64,000 nt of DNA, from positions 1,600,001 to 1,664,000 of the forward strand of contig OZ245056.1 in assembly GCA_965224705.1 (NCBI GenBank), given 5' to 3'. Below are positions 52,440-61,656 of the stretch, one piece after another. The stretch comes from Spirochaetaceae bacterium. GTDB lineage: Bacteria > Spirochaetota > Spirochaetia > DSM-2461. The translations under genes were made by a program, and so were the position numbers. The notes below the pieces were generated by a model. That model searched no databases. It was not told where the DNA came from and was given only the letters and a program-made list of their open reading frames with translations. Position 1 is the stretch's first letter. The number at the start of each line of letters is the position of its first letter.

Positions 52440-54474
52440 ATCGAGTAGGAGGCACCCTGCGAAAGCAGGGATGCCGTCCTCTCACAGAACCGTGCGTACG
52501 GGTCCGTACACGGCTCCTCATGCATGTGTCCAATTTCTTTCAGTCTCAGGCTGAATAAATAAACTGCCCGAGTTCTTCAATGAAATAGCGATTGGGAAAA
52601 GCTTTGTGCATAGCCGGACTCCTTGAAGTCACCCAGATGCCCATATTGTTGATGATACGATTGGCCCCATACTCTGATACTCCCCTTTTTAATAGAGTTC
52701 GTTTAAGATTCCGGGGCCTCTTGTGCTCATACACTATTCGGGATCTCAATCGCCTTCTGGCATGGGCTTCCACTCTTTGAAGCTGGTGCTTATCTTCGGT
52801 CATACCGTAATATCCGCTCCAGCCCCGGTACCAGATATTCAGCTTTTCCACTGTAGCTTCAATAGACTGATTCGTTCGTCTGGGTATCAATTCACAAAGC
52901 CTTTCATTGGCTCTGCTCATTGACATCGACGAAATCGTAATCATTCCGGCCACAATGGTCATACCCAAAAACTTGATAACTTCGGCCTTTCCTGTTTTGC
53001 TCTTCTCCTCGTTGACAACGAGTTTCAGTTTCTTTTCAATGAAGTTTGAAATACTTCCCATCACTCTATCCGCCGCCTTTTGGGACTTAACGAATATGCT
53101 GCAGTCATCAGCAAATCGACAAAACTCCAGTCCTCGTTTTTCCAGTTCCCTGTCTAACTCGTCCAGAATCACATTGCTGAGCAATGGACTTAATGGACTA
53201 CCCTGTGTCGTTCCTACAAAGGTATTTTCTTTCTGTCCATTCACCATCACCCCGCTCCGCAGAGTCAGGCCGGTCAAGCGCAGAATCCGGTTGTCGATTT
53301 TATGGACCGTTCTCAGCTGTCTGATGATTCTATCGTGGCTGACCCTATCAAAGAACTTCGAGAGGTCGATATCCACCACAATATCCTTGCCGCTGCTGAC
53401 TATCGACTGAGCCTTTTCAATAGCCTGTTTCTGACTTCGTCCAGGACGAAAGCCAAAGCTGCTGGCAGAGAAGGTGGGGTCGATAATGGGTTCGAGCAGA
53501 AATTTGATGGATGCCTGGACCACTCTGTCACGCACACACGGCACGCCCAGAAGTCTCACTCCTCCTCCCGGTTTCGGGATCTCCACTCGTCTGACCGGTT
53601 GAGGTTTGTAGCTCCAGTCTTTCAGCTCCGCTGAGAGTTCCCGGATTTCCTGCTCAAGATTGGCTTTGTAATCCTCTACAGTGATCTCGTCGATGCCTGA
53701 TGACCCCCTGTTCTTACTCACCTCTCTAAAGCCTCGCCTCAATACCGGTGGACGGCATAATTCCTCAAAAAGTCTCATGCTGTCCACTTTGAACAGTTCT
53801 CCTTGTTCCAATTTTCTCTCCTTCGGTCACAGACGAGTATTTCTGCGTGTTCCACATCTCTTTTCCTTGTTTACGTCAGGAATGGGTGGAACACTCCCTA
53901 ATGGCTGGTTTCGTCTGATCTGATACTCATCGTTCCAACAGAACGTTTGCATGTTCCCCCCTTCACCTTTAACATCCTTGTCCTTTGATTCCTGTTTTAT
54001 CCTCACATATGTTGCCATATCGTCACAGGCAGAAATCTTTACGGTTACTATGGGTTCTTCTGACTGCCGGTGGAAGATAACCCTACATCCCTGCACGGCT
54101 TAGGAAATCTTATGGCGCTGTTCCACAGTTTCCATTCCACAGGCCCTCCCCGGGTAAGACCAATCTCCATTTCATATCCCGCCTGCCTTCTGCACAATTA
54201 TGGGGTTACGTAAAGGATATGGGACTTCGATAGCCGAAGGTATCTCATCCTCCATAACTGCTTTTCAAAGATTCACTCTCGTTCAGGCGAATATTTTGAC
54301 TTAGACTTCCTTCAGATTCCTCATTGGGAAAGACAATCTCCATCTGGTGAGCAGGCATACTCTCAATGCGTTGTCTATCTTTCTTCGGACACCCTTGTCT
54401 TTGTCTACAAATTCCCTCCTTTCAGGGCTTTGTCGGGATTTTCACCCGCTGGATATTGGCCATGCCGGGCACAC
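52440..54474 (-). mobile_element. Complete group II intron, class IIC (2035 nt)
   Basis: 5' end GTGTGCCCGGCATGG at 54474; short domain V GAGCCGTGTACGGACCCGTACGCACGGTTC; domain VI and 3' end CCTACTCGAT at 52440; internal RT ORF. Confidence 0.92.
52546..53811 (-). CDS. ltrA: Group II intron reverse transcriptase/maturase, no endonuclease domain
   Basis: G..GID, VRRV.IPK..GG.R.LG.P...DR..Q, SFGFRPGRS, VD.DL.KFFD, G..QG.PLSPLLSN, RFADD, maturase RGW..YY. Confidence 0.95.
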   Translation of the reverse strand: MEQGELFKVDSMRLFEELCRPPVLRRGFREVSKNRGSSGIDEITVEDYKANLEQEIRELSAELKDWSYKPQPVRRVEIPKPGGGVRLLGVPCVRDRVVQASIKFLLEPIIDPTFSASSFGFRPGRSQKQAIEKAQSIVSSGKDIVVDIDLSKFFDRVSHDRIIRQLRTVHKIDNRILRLTGLTLRSGVMVNGQKENTFVGTTQGSPLSPLLSNVILDELDRELEKRGLEFCRFADDCSIFVKSQKAADRVMGSISNFIEKKLKLVVNEEKSKTGKAEVIKFLGMTIVAGMITISSMSMSRANERLCELIPRRTNQSIEATVEKLNIWYRGWSGYYGMTEDKHQLQRVEAHARRRLRSRIVYEHKRPRNLKRTLLKRGVSEYGANRIINNMGIWVTSRSPAMHKAFPNRYFIEELGQFIYSA

Positions 54475-54670
54475 TTCGTTCGTTTTCGCCGCCATCCGTG
54501 GCGGCTTTTCCTCGCTATCGCTCGGCACTCTCTCAGGATGCGAGTCTATAGACTCGCATCCCCCCTACTGCGTTGCCAATACTCACTTAAGCTAACTTAA
54601 GTTTTTGCCGCCTTGCATCAGGAAGAAATGATCAAAAATCGCCTTGAAGTCTTAAAGTCCGACAGGCTCC

Positions 54671-54726
54671 TGGAGATGGATTTCAAGGGGAAGGATATTA
54701 AGATTTCCGCCGGGGATGGGACATAA
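54671..54726 (+). pseudogene. Short orphan 3' tail resembling the AAA/PD-(D/E)XK C-terminus
   Basis: EMDFKGKDIKISAGDGT* versus GVGFKEKELKVSA in the downstream gene. Confidence 0.45.
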
Positions 54727-54785
54727 CCCCTTAGCTTGTTAAACCCTCCCGTTCTGTGTAGAATAAGATTATACAGGAGGCCCCG

Positions 54786-56540
54786 TTGAAAAAACGTATC
54801 GGGCTGGGATATTTTGACTTCAAAGAGTTCATCGATGAAAACCTCTACTTTGTGGATAAAACCCCGCTCATCGGGTACCTGATCGATCAGGGGAGCAAGG
54901 TCAACCTGATCACCCGGCCCCGCAGGTTTGGAAAATCCCTCAATATCAGCATGTTGGGCTACTTTTTTGAAACCGATAAACCGGGGAAGGTGGACCCGGA
55001 GGGGCACAGAACTCTCTTTGATGAGTTCAAGATCTGCTCCCATCCCCGGTTTGAGGAATTTCAGGGCCACTACCCGGTGATACACCTCAGCTTTAAGGAA
55101 GCCAAGGACCCCGACTTTGAGACATCTCTTGAGTTTTTGCAGGATGCCATAGCCGGTGAGTACCGGCGTCATAAATATCTGACAGAGCTCCTTGATAAAG
55201 AGGAGAAACTCTATTTTGAGAGCATTCTTCATGGTCGGGGAAACCGGAAAGAGTACTCCTCTGCCATAAAAGAGCTCTCCCGCTGGCTGGAGATGGCCTA
55301 CAAGCAAAAGGTGTTCATCCTGCTGGATGAGTACGACACTCCCTTGCAGGCGGCTTACCTGCACGGTTGTTACAAGGAAATGATCCCCTTTATCCGCAGT
55401 TTTATGCTCCAGACCTTCAAGGACAACCCGGCCCTCAAGCAGGCCGTGGTAATCGGGATCCTTCGGGTGGCTCAGGAATCGATTTTTAGTGATTTTAACA
55501 ACCCCTCGGCTGCCACCATTCTGGATATGAGTATGGATGAATATTTTGGCTTTACCGAAGAGGAGGTAGTGGAGGCGGCCTGCTATTTTGATCTGGAAGA
55601 TAAGCTCCCGGGCATCCGGGAGTGGTACAACGGCTACATCTTTGGACAGAACCGGGTAATCTACAACCCCTGGAGCATTATGAGCTACCTGCGGGAGCCC
55701 CGTAACGGTCTGATTCCCTACTGGGTTAACACCAGCAACAACCTCTTGATCAAAGAGGTACTCCAGTTAGATAAACTGGAGGGGAAAAAGGGGGTTGAAA
55801 CCCTCCTGAAAGGGGAGCCTTTCCGCAAAAATGTAATGAACCATGTGGTCTATACGGATATCAAAAAGAGCCCCGAGGCGGCCTGGAGTTTTCTGCTCCA
55901 TGCGGGGTACCTCAAGGCAAGTGAGCGGGAGCAGGACGGTACCCGCATCACCTACAACCTCTCCATACCCAATCTGGAGGTGGCGTATGTCTATCAGACC
56001 ATGGTGCAGAACTGGTTTAGGGATAATATGGATGTGGATACCTTGCTGCAATCATTCATCGAGGGTATCCAAACCCATAATACTGGAAAGATAGAAGAGA
56101 CTCTGGAGAGCATTCTGCTGCGGAATGTGAGTTACTACGATGCGGCAATCTCTGAGGAGTCCGAAAAAGGGGGGGAGCGAACCAAACGGGAGAACTTCTA
56201 CCACGGCCTTGTGCTGGGACTGCTCCTTCATTTGGGTTCAACCTATAGCGTGGAAAGCAACTCCGAGCATGGTTTAGGGAGACCCGATATTGTTATTATC
56301 AAAAAAACCGACCCCGTGGAAGCGGTGATCATCGAACTGAAACAGGCTCCCAAATCCGCTCCTGACACCCCGGAGACGCTGGCGGAAGCTGCCCTGAACC
56401 AGATTGAAACCCAAAAGTATGACAAGGGGATAAAAGAGAAATGGCTCCCCCAAACCTTCTTTTGTCTGGGAGTGGGTTTCAAGGAGAAGGAGCTAAAGGT
56501 CTCTGCCAAAGACCATGCCCCGCCATCCCCGTTTGCGTGA
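54786..56540 (+). CDS. AAA-ATPase-like + PD-(D/E)XK nuclease protein, divergent paralog D (584 aa)
   Basis: TRPRRFGKSLN, LLDEYD, WYNGY, YNPWS, SN.E.G.GRPDI...IELK; TTG start with AGGAGG and TTGTTA-N17-TAGAAT upstream. Confidence 0.9.
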   Translation: MKKRIGLGYFDFKEFIDENLYFVDKTPLIGYLIDQGSKVNLITRPRRFGKSLNISMLGYFFETDKPGKVDPEGHRTLFDEFKICSHPRFEEFQGHYPVIHLSFKEAKDPDFETSLEFLQDAIAGEYRRHKYLTELLDKEEKLYFESILHGRGNRKEYSSAIKELSRWLEMAYKQKVFILLDEYDTPLQAAYLHGCYKEMIPFIRSFMLQTFKDNPALKQAVVIGILRVAQESIFSDFNNPSAATILDMSMDEYFGFTEEEVVEAACYFDLEDKLPGIREWYNGYIFGQNRVIYNPWSIMSYLREPRNGLIPYWVNTSNNLLIKEVLQLDKLEGKKGVETLLKGEPFRKNVMNHVVYTDIKKSPEAAWSFLLHAGYLKASEREQDGTRITYNLSIPNLEVAYVYQTMVQNWFRDNMDVDTLLQSFIEGIQTHNTGKIEETLESILLRNVSYYDAAISEESEKGGERTKRENFYHGLVLGLLLHLGSTYSVESNSEHGLGRPDIVIIKKTDPVEAVIIELKQAPKSAPDTPETLAEAALNQIETQKYDKGIKEKWLPQTFFCLGVGFKEKELKVSAKDHAPPSPFA

Positions 56541-56656
56541 GCTGTTTCCTTTTGTTAATGCTCATATATACGCATTGTCCAGCGCTTTTAAGCGGGTTTT
56601 CCGCCAAGGCTTGCGAACAAAATCCTTCGTCCTGACTTAAGTCCCAGACACAAAAT

Positions 56657-57172
56657 GGATACAGCGAGCTTTCACCGGTGATCAGCATTAATCTGCTGGA
56701 TTTTGTTTTGTGGCCCAATCTAAAACAGGTACACAGTTGCTTCATGCTCAGGGAGCAGAGAAATCCAGACTGCGTTTTTTCGAATGACATTATTGTTCAT
56801 TGTCTGGAAACTCCCAAACTGGAAGATCATCCGCAGGACTTAAGTGCGGGCCTGAGCGGATGGTTAATCTATTTGAAATTAGAGGGCAAAGTACCGGAGA
56901 CGGAATTGTTAGAAGTAATAAAGGAGGATCCTGTTTTGCAAGAGGTTCATAAGAAGTACAATCAGTTTTTAAGTAATTCTGAATTGATGGAGGCCTATGA
57001 GGGCAGGCAGAAATGGCTGCATGACCAGGCGACAATCAGGGAAGAAAGCTTTAAAGAAGGCAGAAATGAGGAAAAAAAACAGACAGCCAGACGCCTGAAG
57101 GCCGCCGGAGCCGACATGGGACTCATCATCGAGGCCACAGGCCTGAGCGAATCGGAGATCCAGAATCTTTGA
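56657..57172 (+). pseudogene. Rpn family 3' fragment
   Basis: Y..L.PVISINLLDF, H.LE.PK, L..WL.YL, YE.R.K...D, EG..E.K...AR.LK..G.D...I..ATGLS..EI..L; upstream frame closed at 56633. Confidence 0.82.
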
Positions 57173-57236
57173 AAGGCAGGCCAAAAATCTAAAAAAGATC
57201 TACCAAAACCCACCTCAGTAAACAACAATCCAGCGC

Positions 57237-57434
57237 TTAGTGCCAACCCGGCCCTGAGGCCATAGTCATCACCTCGTCCCCCTGCTGTATCCGCCCCGCC
57301 CTGACCGCCTCATGGAAGGCCATGGGAATACAGCCCGAATCCGTGTCGCCATAGCGGTCCATCACGCAGGTTGTATCCTCCATAGGCCGACCGATAAGCC
57401 CCATCACCTCCTGGATAACCTGGCGGACTTGCGC
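57237..57434 (-). pseudogene. 3-oxoacyl-ACP synthase III (FabH-like) C-terminal fragment
   Basis: Manual translation VIQEVMGLIGRPMEDTTCVMDRYGDTDSGCIPMAFHEAVRAGRIQQGDEVMTMASGPG. Confidence 0.65.
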
Positions 57435-57496
57435 TGCTATGCATTTTAGTCAGCATATTGCTAACGTTCTTCTCCGCGATGCCTTGTCAGGCTTGT

Positions 57497-57882
57497 TTTA
57501 AGCTCCATGTATTTGACCGGAATCAATCTGTGTCCAATCATATCAACGGCGGCTCCGCATTACCCCAGAACGATATATCCAGGTAGAGGCTCATACTCAC
57601 CACCATTGGGCTTCATATCAAAAAAAGAACTTCATTGTAAATTGTCCTGAAACCTTCCACTTTTATCTGGACCGGGCCGCACACAGTGCCTTGCACGGCT
57701 TCTTGAGTTGCGGTTTGTAAATCGACCGTTTCTTCTGTGTCGAATGCTCCAAAATCTCTTTTCCAGGCTAGAGGAAGAGTTAAATAACTTGCTCCAGTAT
57801 CAACGAAAATATCTGTTTTCTTCGACTTTCCTTCCGAACTTAGATTTTGAATACTTACAGTGCTGACTATTCTTCCCATCAC
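57497..57882 (-). pseudogene. Clan AA aspartic protease-like gene, frameshifted
   Basis: VDTGAS.LTLP; frameshift in a T run near 57620, continuing DMKPNGGEYEPLPGYIVLG*CGAAVDMIGHRLIPVKYMELK with an internal stop. Confidence 0.7.
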
Positions 57883-57955
57883 CTGTGCTCCTTTTCAAGA
57901 TTGCGCCTGGCAGATCGGCCGACATTCTCTGGGGAACGCAAATAAGATACGGATC

Positions 57956-58567
57956 TTATGATACCGGCTGCCGCAGAATTGTTTTCAAATTCTCCGGGGC
58001 CGCTCGTCTGAAGTCGCTAAGATATATTTCATGGTGACTCCCCCGCTTATGCTTGCCGCATTTTTCAATGAAGGTATGCAGTTTGTCTATTGTTGGTCCC
58101 TCTTCTTCAAACGGACCCCGGTGCATGATTTGCACGGCCTGGGCCTCTTCAAATGCTTCAAACCGAACCTGAGATAGTGCCCTGGGATTCTTCTTGATAC
58201 TCACCTTTTCGATAGCTTCATTGACCATTTCACCAGTAATGAATTCCGGCTGCATAATCATGAGAGTCCATTTCCACTCGTCTTTTCTTTTTTCGATAAA
58301 TGCGGATGAATCGTCAGCCCACCACAGTCCTTCAAGCGGCATTACTCCGTAATCAATGCCAGATGCACCGTTTTTACTCATGAATTTCAATGTGTAGGCA
58401 AGCGGATACAGGGCATTTATAGCTTCTTCAAAGGCTTTGGAAGTGTTTGGATCTCCCTGACCGTCAATCATGAGGAAACTCATCTTCGGTACATCCACAA
58501 ATTCTACCTGTTTCAGAGATGCTCGGTACAAGTGCTTTAACTCTTTCTTAAAATCAATTTTCTCCAT
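57956..58567 (-). CDS. GyrI-like small-molecule-binding domain protein
   Basis: KIDFKKE.K.LY, FLMIDG.GDPN, DY.VMPLEGLWW, W.WT.MI.QP, H.GPF..E, HHEIYLSD.R. Confidence 0.9.
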   Translation of the reverse strand: MEKIDFKKELKHLYRASLKQVEFVDVPKMSFLMIDGQGDPNTSKAFEEAINALYPLAYTLKFMSKNGASGIDYGVMPLEGLWWADDSSAFIEKRKDEWKWTLMIMQPEFITGEMVNEAIEKVSIKKNPRALSQVRFEAFEEAQAVQIMHRGPFEEEGPTIDKLHTFIEKCGKHKRGSHHEIYLSDFRRAAPENLKTILRQPVS

Positions 58568-58917
58568 TGGTATGCCTCCTGGTCATGCGTGCAGACTCCA
58601 CCTGTGTATATGGGGAAGAAGGAATCTAAATGTCATGAGTAAACAATAAACAGAACCCGAATGACTGTCAAAGATTCAGGGCAATCGCATTCAATTTCTA
58701 TCACAAAAGAAATGAAAAAACAATAGTTTTGAGGGTTTGACGGGCATGGATTGCCATGGCAGAACGGGTCAGTTTTTCGCATCGATTCTGTACCGTATCG
58801 GAAGAAACCTCATCCTTGCCGGTAATCTTCACCCACTTATCAGCAGGGTCTATGAGTTATGAATAGAGAAAAAACTCGGTATGGATACATCTCCAAAATC
58901 ATGCTATTCTGTAAACG

Positions 58918-59603
58918 ATGATAAAACCAATTCCCAAAGCCCAGATTACCCTGGACACCTTCTTCAAAAGACAGGCAAGGGAGTTTTTCGGCTCCTGCGG
59001 ATACCTGGTTGAAACAGAACATGAGATGCTTAAAAGCCCCAAGAGGCTGGATGTTCCCTTATCAAGCAAAACACCGCCAGCGTAGAATTCGACATCTTCA
59101 ACTATTTCGCTCCGTACAATCTGGTCAGCTACAAATCATACGGCGATGCCGTAAGAGCACAGGATATCTATGACCTCTCCATATATACAAATCTCTACCT
59201 GAGAGAAAACCCGGGAGCCAATTACGGCAATACCACCATCACACTCATCTGTTCCAGAACCCCGAGGAAATTCATCCAGGAATACAAGAAATCTTTCACC
59301 GAATCATCTCCCGGCCACTTCATCGGCAACTATGAAATGTATAAGATCCACATAATCAACATTGAAATCATCCGGCTATCGGGGCCTGACGGCATGTTTT
59401 TATCCGAATTCTGCCGGAATATCGACCGCTTATCCGGCCAGGCTGCAATCGAAGAGTCTGGTTTCCCAAAACAGATTGTTGACAAGCTGCTTAAGGGGAC
59501 TATAATGAGATTATCAATCTTTGAAGGCAAAGAGGATAACATGGTACCCGTTGCCGATGTAACCGAACTGATGAGGCCTCAACCCTATAAGACCGCCAAT
59601 TGA
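58918..59603 (+). pseudogene. Frameshifted/truncated gene of a probable PD-(D/E)XK-type multicopy family
   Basis: N-part D.FFK....EFF.....VETE.E....P.RLDV, then a frame change to F..YNLVSYKS..D that continues into ORF 59337-59603. Confidence 0.5.
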
Positions 59604-59671
59604 TTCGAACCTAACAAACACACAGGCAAATGCTGAATCAAAGTCGGAAAAATCGGTCATGGAATTGGCTT

Positions 59672-60211
59672 TTACCGGGAGAATTTTAGTTTCCAGGATA
59701 CTGTATATGCTTTCGTTTTCTCCATATTTGGCATTATAACTGAATAGGTTAAGATAACTTTGCCATCTGCAGCAGGTATTTTGTATTTGTCCTGTTTTAG
59801 TATTTTTGTTCCGAAAAGGAATAAATAAAAGTATAATATTTCATCATCTTCAGGGTCTCTTCTCCATTCCATTTTGCATGTTTGTTCTAAAGAGCCATTG
59901 GTTTTATTGACACGTAGAATTTTTTCATCTAGAGAAGATAAATACCATTCCTTTTTTGCATGTATTTCAACTCCATTGAACCATAATCCATGGATTTCTA
60001 AAGAAGTATTTGCATACTCATATACTTCATTCACAGATAATGGTATATTATATGGCAAAGAAATCTCAGGAATATTTCCATCTTTTTTAATATGATAAAT
60101 CCCTAAATCTATTGAGTTTTCAGGTACAGGCGTGTCTGGATCTCCTTCAGCGTATACATGTATAGCAATAAAAATCGATATAAAAATATAGAATAGTAAT
60201 ACTTTTTTCAC
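59672..60211 (-). CDS. Hypothetical secreted protein (AT-rich)
   Basis: MKK + hydrophobic signal peptide; 179 aa; no recognised domain. Confidence 0.65.
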   Translation of the reverse strand: MKKVLLFYIFISIFIAIHVYAEGDPDTPVPENSIDLGIYHIKKDGNIPEISLPYNIPLSVNEVYEYANTSLEIHGLWFNGVEIHAKKEWYLSSLDEKILRVNKTNGSLEQTCKMEWRRDPEDDEILYFYLFLFGTKILKQDKYKIPAADGKVILTYSVIMPNMEKTKAYTVSWKLKFSR

Positions 60212-60486
60212 AGCATTTTTTCCTTGGCTACAACCCGGATACGGCAGGAAAGTTTCGTCTCCGATCTTTCAAATAAATCTTTCATTAATTATTTTCAGAA
60301 CAAGAATATTATAGTCCGGATTTTTTGCTCCGTATATCTCTCTTTGCTTAACCCCAGGATAATTTCCATAATTATCAAATGCGGTTCCAACTTTTTTTCT
60401 CCTATGGGTATTCTCAGGTGCGATTCGTTTGAAAGCTAATAACAGTATGGTTGAAACCAGGAATGTGCGTATTTAAGGGAATCGAA

Positions 60487-60528
60487 AACTGCTGCCTGAG
60501 TCATCATTTGGATTCGAGGCAGCAGTTT
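60487..60528 (-). terminator. Probable intrinsic terminator
   Basis: AAACTGCTGCCT...AGGCAGCAGTTT inverted repeat downstream of the 60553 gene. Confidence 0.55.
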
Positions 60529-60552
60529 AATCCGATCTAAACAATGAAAATA

Positions 60553-61017
60553 CTATTCATTGTCATCCGTTCGGGGTTCTTCTGTGGCATTGGAAACACC
60601 GTCTCCATCCATCCGGGATTCTTCACGCATGCAGTTTTTGATTGCCTTTTTGCGCTTCCTTTCCCGTCGACGGCTTTCACCGGAATTACCAAAATCCTTG
60701 AAAAAGATGCAGGAGAGGAGAAGTAATCCCCAGGCCTGCCAGTATCTGATTCGTCCGAATCCAAAAATGTCGGGCATGAGTGCATTCCACAGCATCATCG
60801 TTACCCAGCCAATAAAAAAAACGAATGCGATTCCAAGAATACCGAAGCCAATCCCGATCAGGATTTTTTCGGCTATCCTCCTGTCCTCCCACCAGTCATT
60901 TCTACTGATATCTCTGCATCTTCCCCTGTCGGAATGCCCGTGATGATGTTCATGGAACCCGTTCCTGTCATTGTTTTCTTGTTCAGTCATATTATACTCC
61001 TCATAACTAAACTTCAT
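60553..61017 (-). CDS. Small membrane protein coupled to the ECF sigma factor
   Basis: M.LWN.LMP.IFG...I.YWQA.GLL.LS.I.F motif; His-rich N-terminus; overlaps the sigma gene end. Confidence 0.75.
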   Translation of the reverse strand: MKFSYEEYNMTEQENNDRNGFHEHHHGHSDRGRCRDISRNDWWEDRRIAEKILIGIGFGILGIAFVFFIGWVTMMLWNALMPDIFGFGRIRYWQAWGLLLLSCIFFKDFGNSGESRRRERKRKKAIKNCMREESRMDGDGVSNATEEPRTDDNE

Positions 61018-61564
61018 CGATCCAATGTCTCAGTGCCCGGGCAAGTTTGCTCAATGCATACCGTTTCCGAGCCTTGAGTGTATCAATGTTTTCTCCTGTG
61101 ACTTCCGAAATCTCCCGGAAGGTTAAACCGCCGAATATCTGAAATTCCACCACCTGCCGCTGAGGTGCGGGCAAGGCCTTAATAGCTGTATTCAAAGCAT
61201 CAACGAGGATGTCCTGAACATAAGCTTCCACAGGATCCAACCCAGCATCATAAACAATCCTCTGCAGTGTTTCCTCAGAGACATTTGTTTTGCCGCGTTC
61301 CACCCGATACCTGTCACGTCGCCATGCATCAATAAGTCGACTTTTGAATATGGTATTGATCCAGGCCGGGAGGTTGCTTATTTGTGCCAGCAGGGGCAGC
61401 TTTTCAAGGGTTTCGGCATAAACATCGTGAATAAGATCTTCCGCCTCTTCCAACGTTCGTCCCATAGCCTTCAAGCGAGACAAGAACCGCGGTTTCTCAC
61501 TCCTGTAGGCATTTTCCAAACGCCGATGATTGTCTTTTTCGGTTGGCTTCAAATCTTTTTTCAT
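61007..61564 (-). CDS. ECF-type RNA polymerase sigma factor
   Basis: EAEDL.HDV, AW.......R.ID..RR, A...LP..QR.V......G.TF.EI...TG....T...RKRYA. Confidence 0.9.
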   Translation of the reverse strand: MKKDLKPTEKDNHRRLENAYRSEKPRFLSRLKAMGRTLEEAEDLIHDVYAETLEKLPLLAQISNLPAWINTIFKSRLIDAWRRDRYRVERGKTNVSEETLQRIVYDAGLDPVEAYVQDILVDALNTAIKALPAPQRQVVEFQIFGGLTFREISEVTGENIDTLKARKRYALSKLARALRHWIDEV

Positions 61565-61656
61565 AATGCTGCCCCTATCGACGAATGGACCGGATTTCAG
61601 GTGTAATTATTTTCAAAAAGTTTTGTTCGTAGTTTGACTGACTGGAAATTGTCTGA

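Larger units (their letters stand above)
52355..54670. mobile_element. MITE (~281 bp without the intron) hosting the group II intron
   Basis: TIRs GGAGCTTGTCGGACT (52355-52369) and AGTCCGACAGGCTCC (54656-54670), 14/15 match; subterminal IR CGATTTTTG/CAAAAATCG; no TSD seen. Confidence 0.75.

Noticed and set aside
45682..53811. Diversity-generating retroelement (RT near repeated gene tails, 45682-45888 as template repeat)
   Set aside because: The RT lies within a full group II intron with domains V/VI. Only about half of the differences between the orphan tail and the gene tails are at coding-strand adenines, and most are synonymous.
52176..57172. A single Rpn gene restorable by intron splicing
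   Set aside because: The intron is antisense to rpn and sits inside a MITE. An AAA gene also intervenes and the middle of the Rpn coding sequence is absent.
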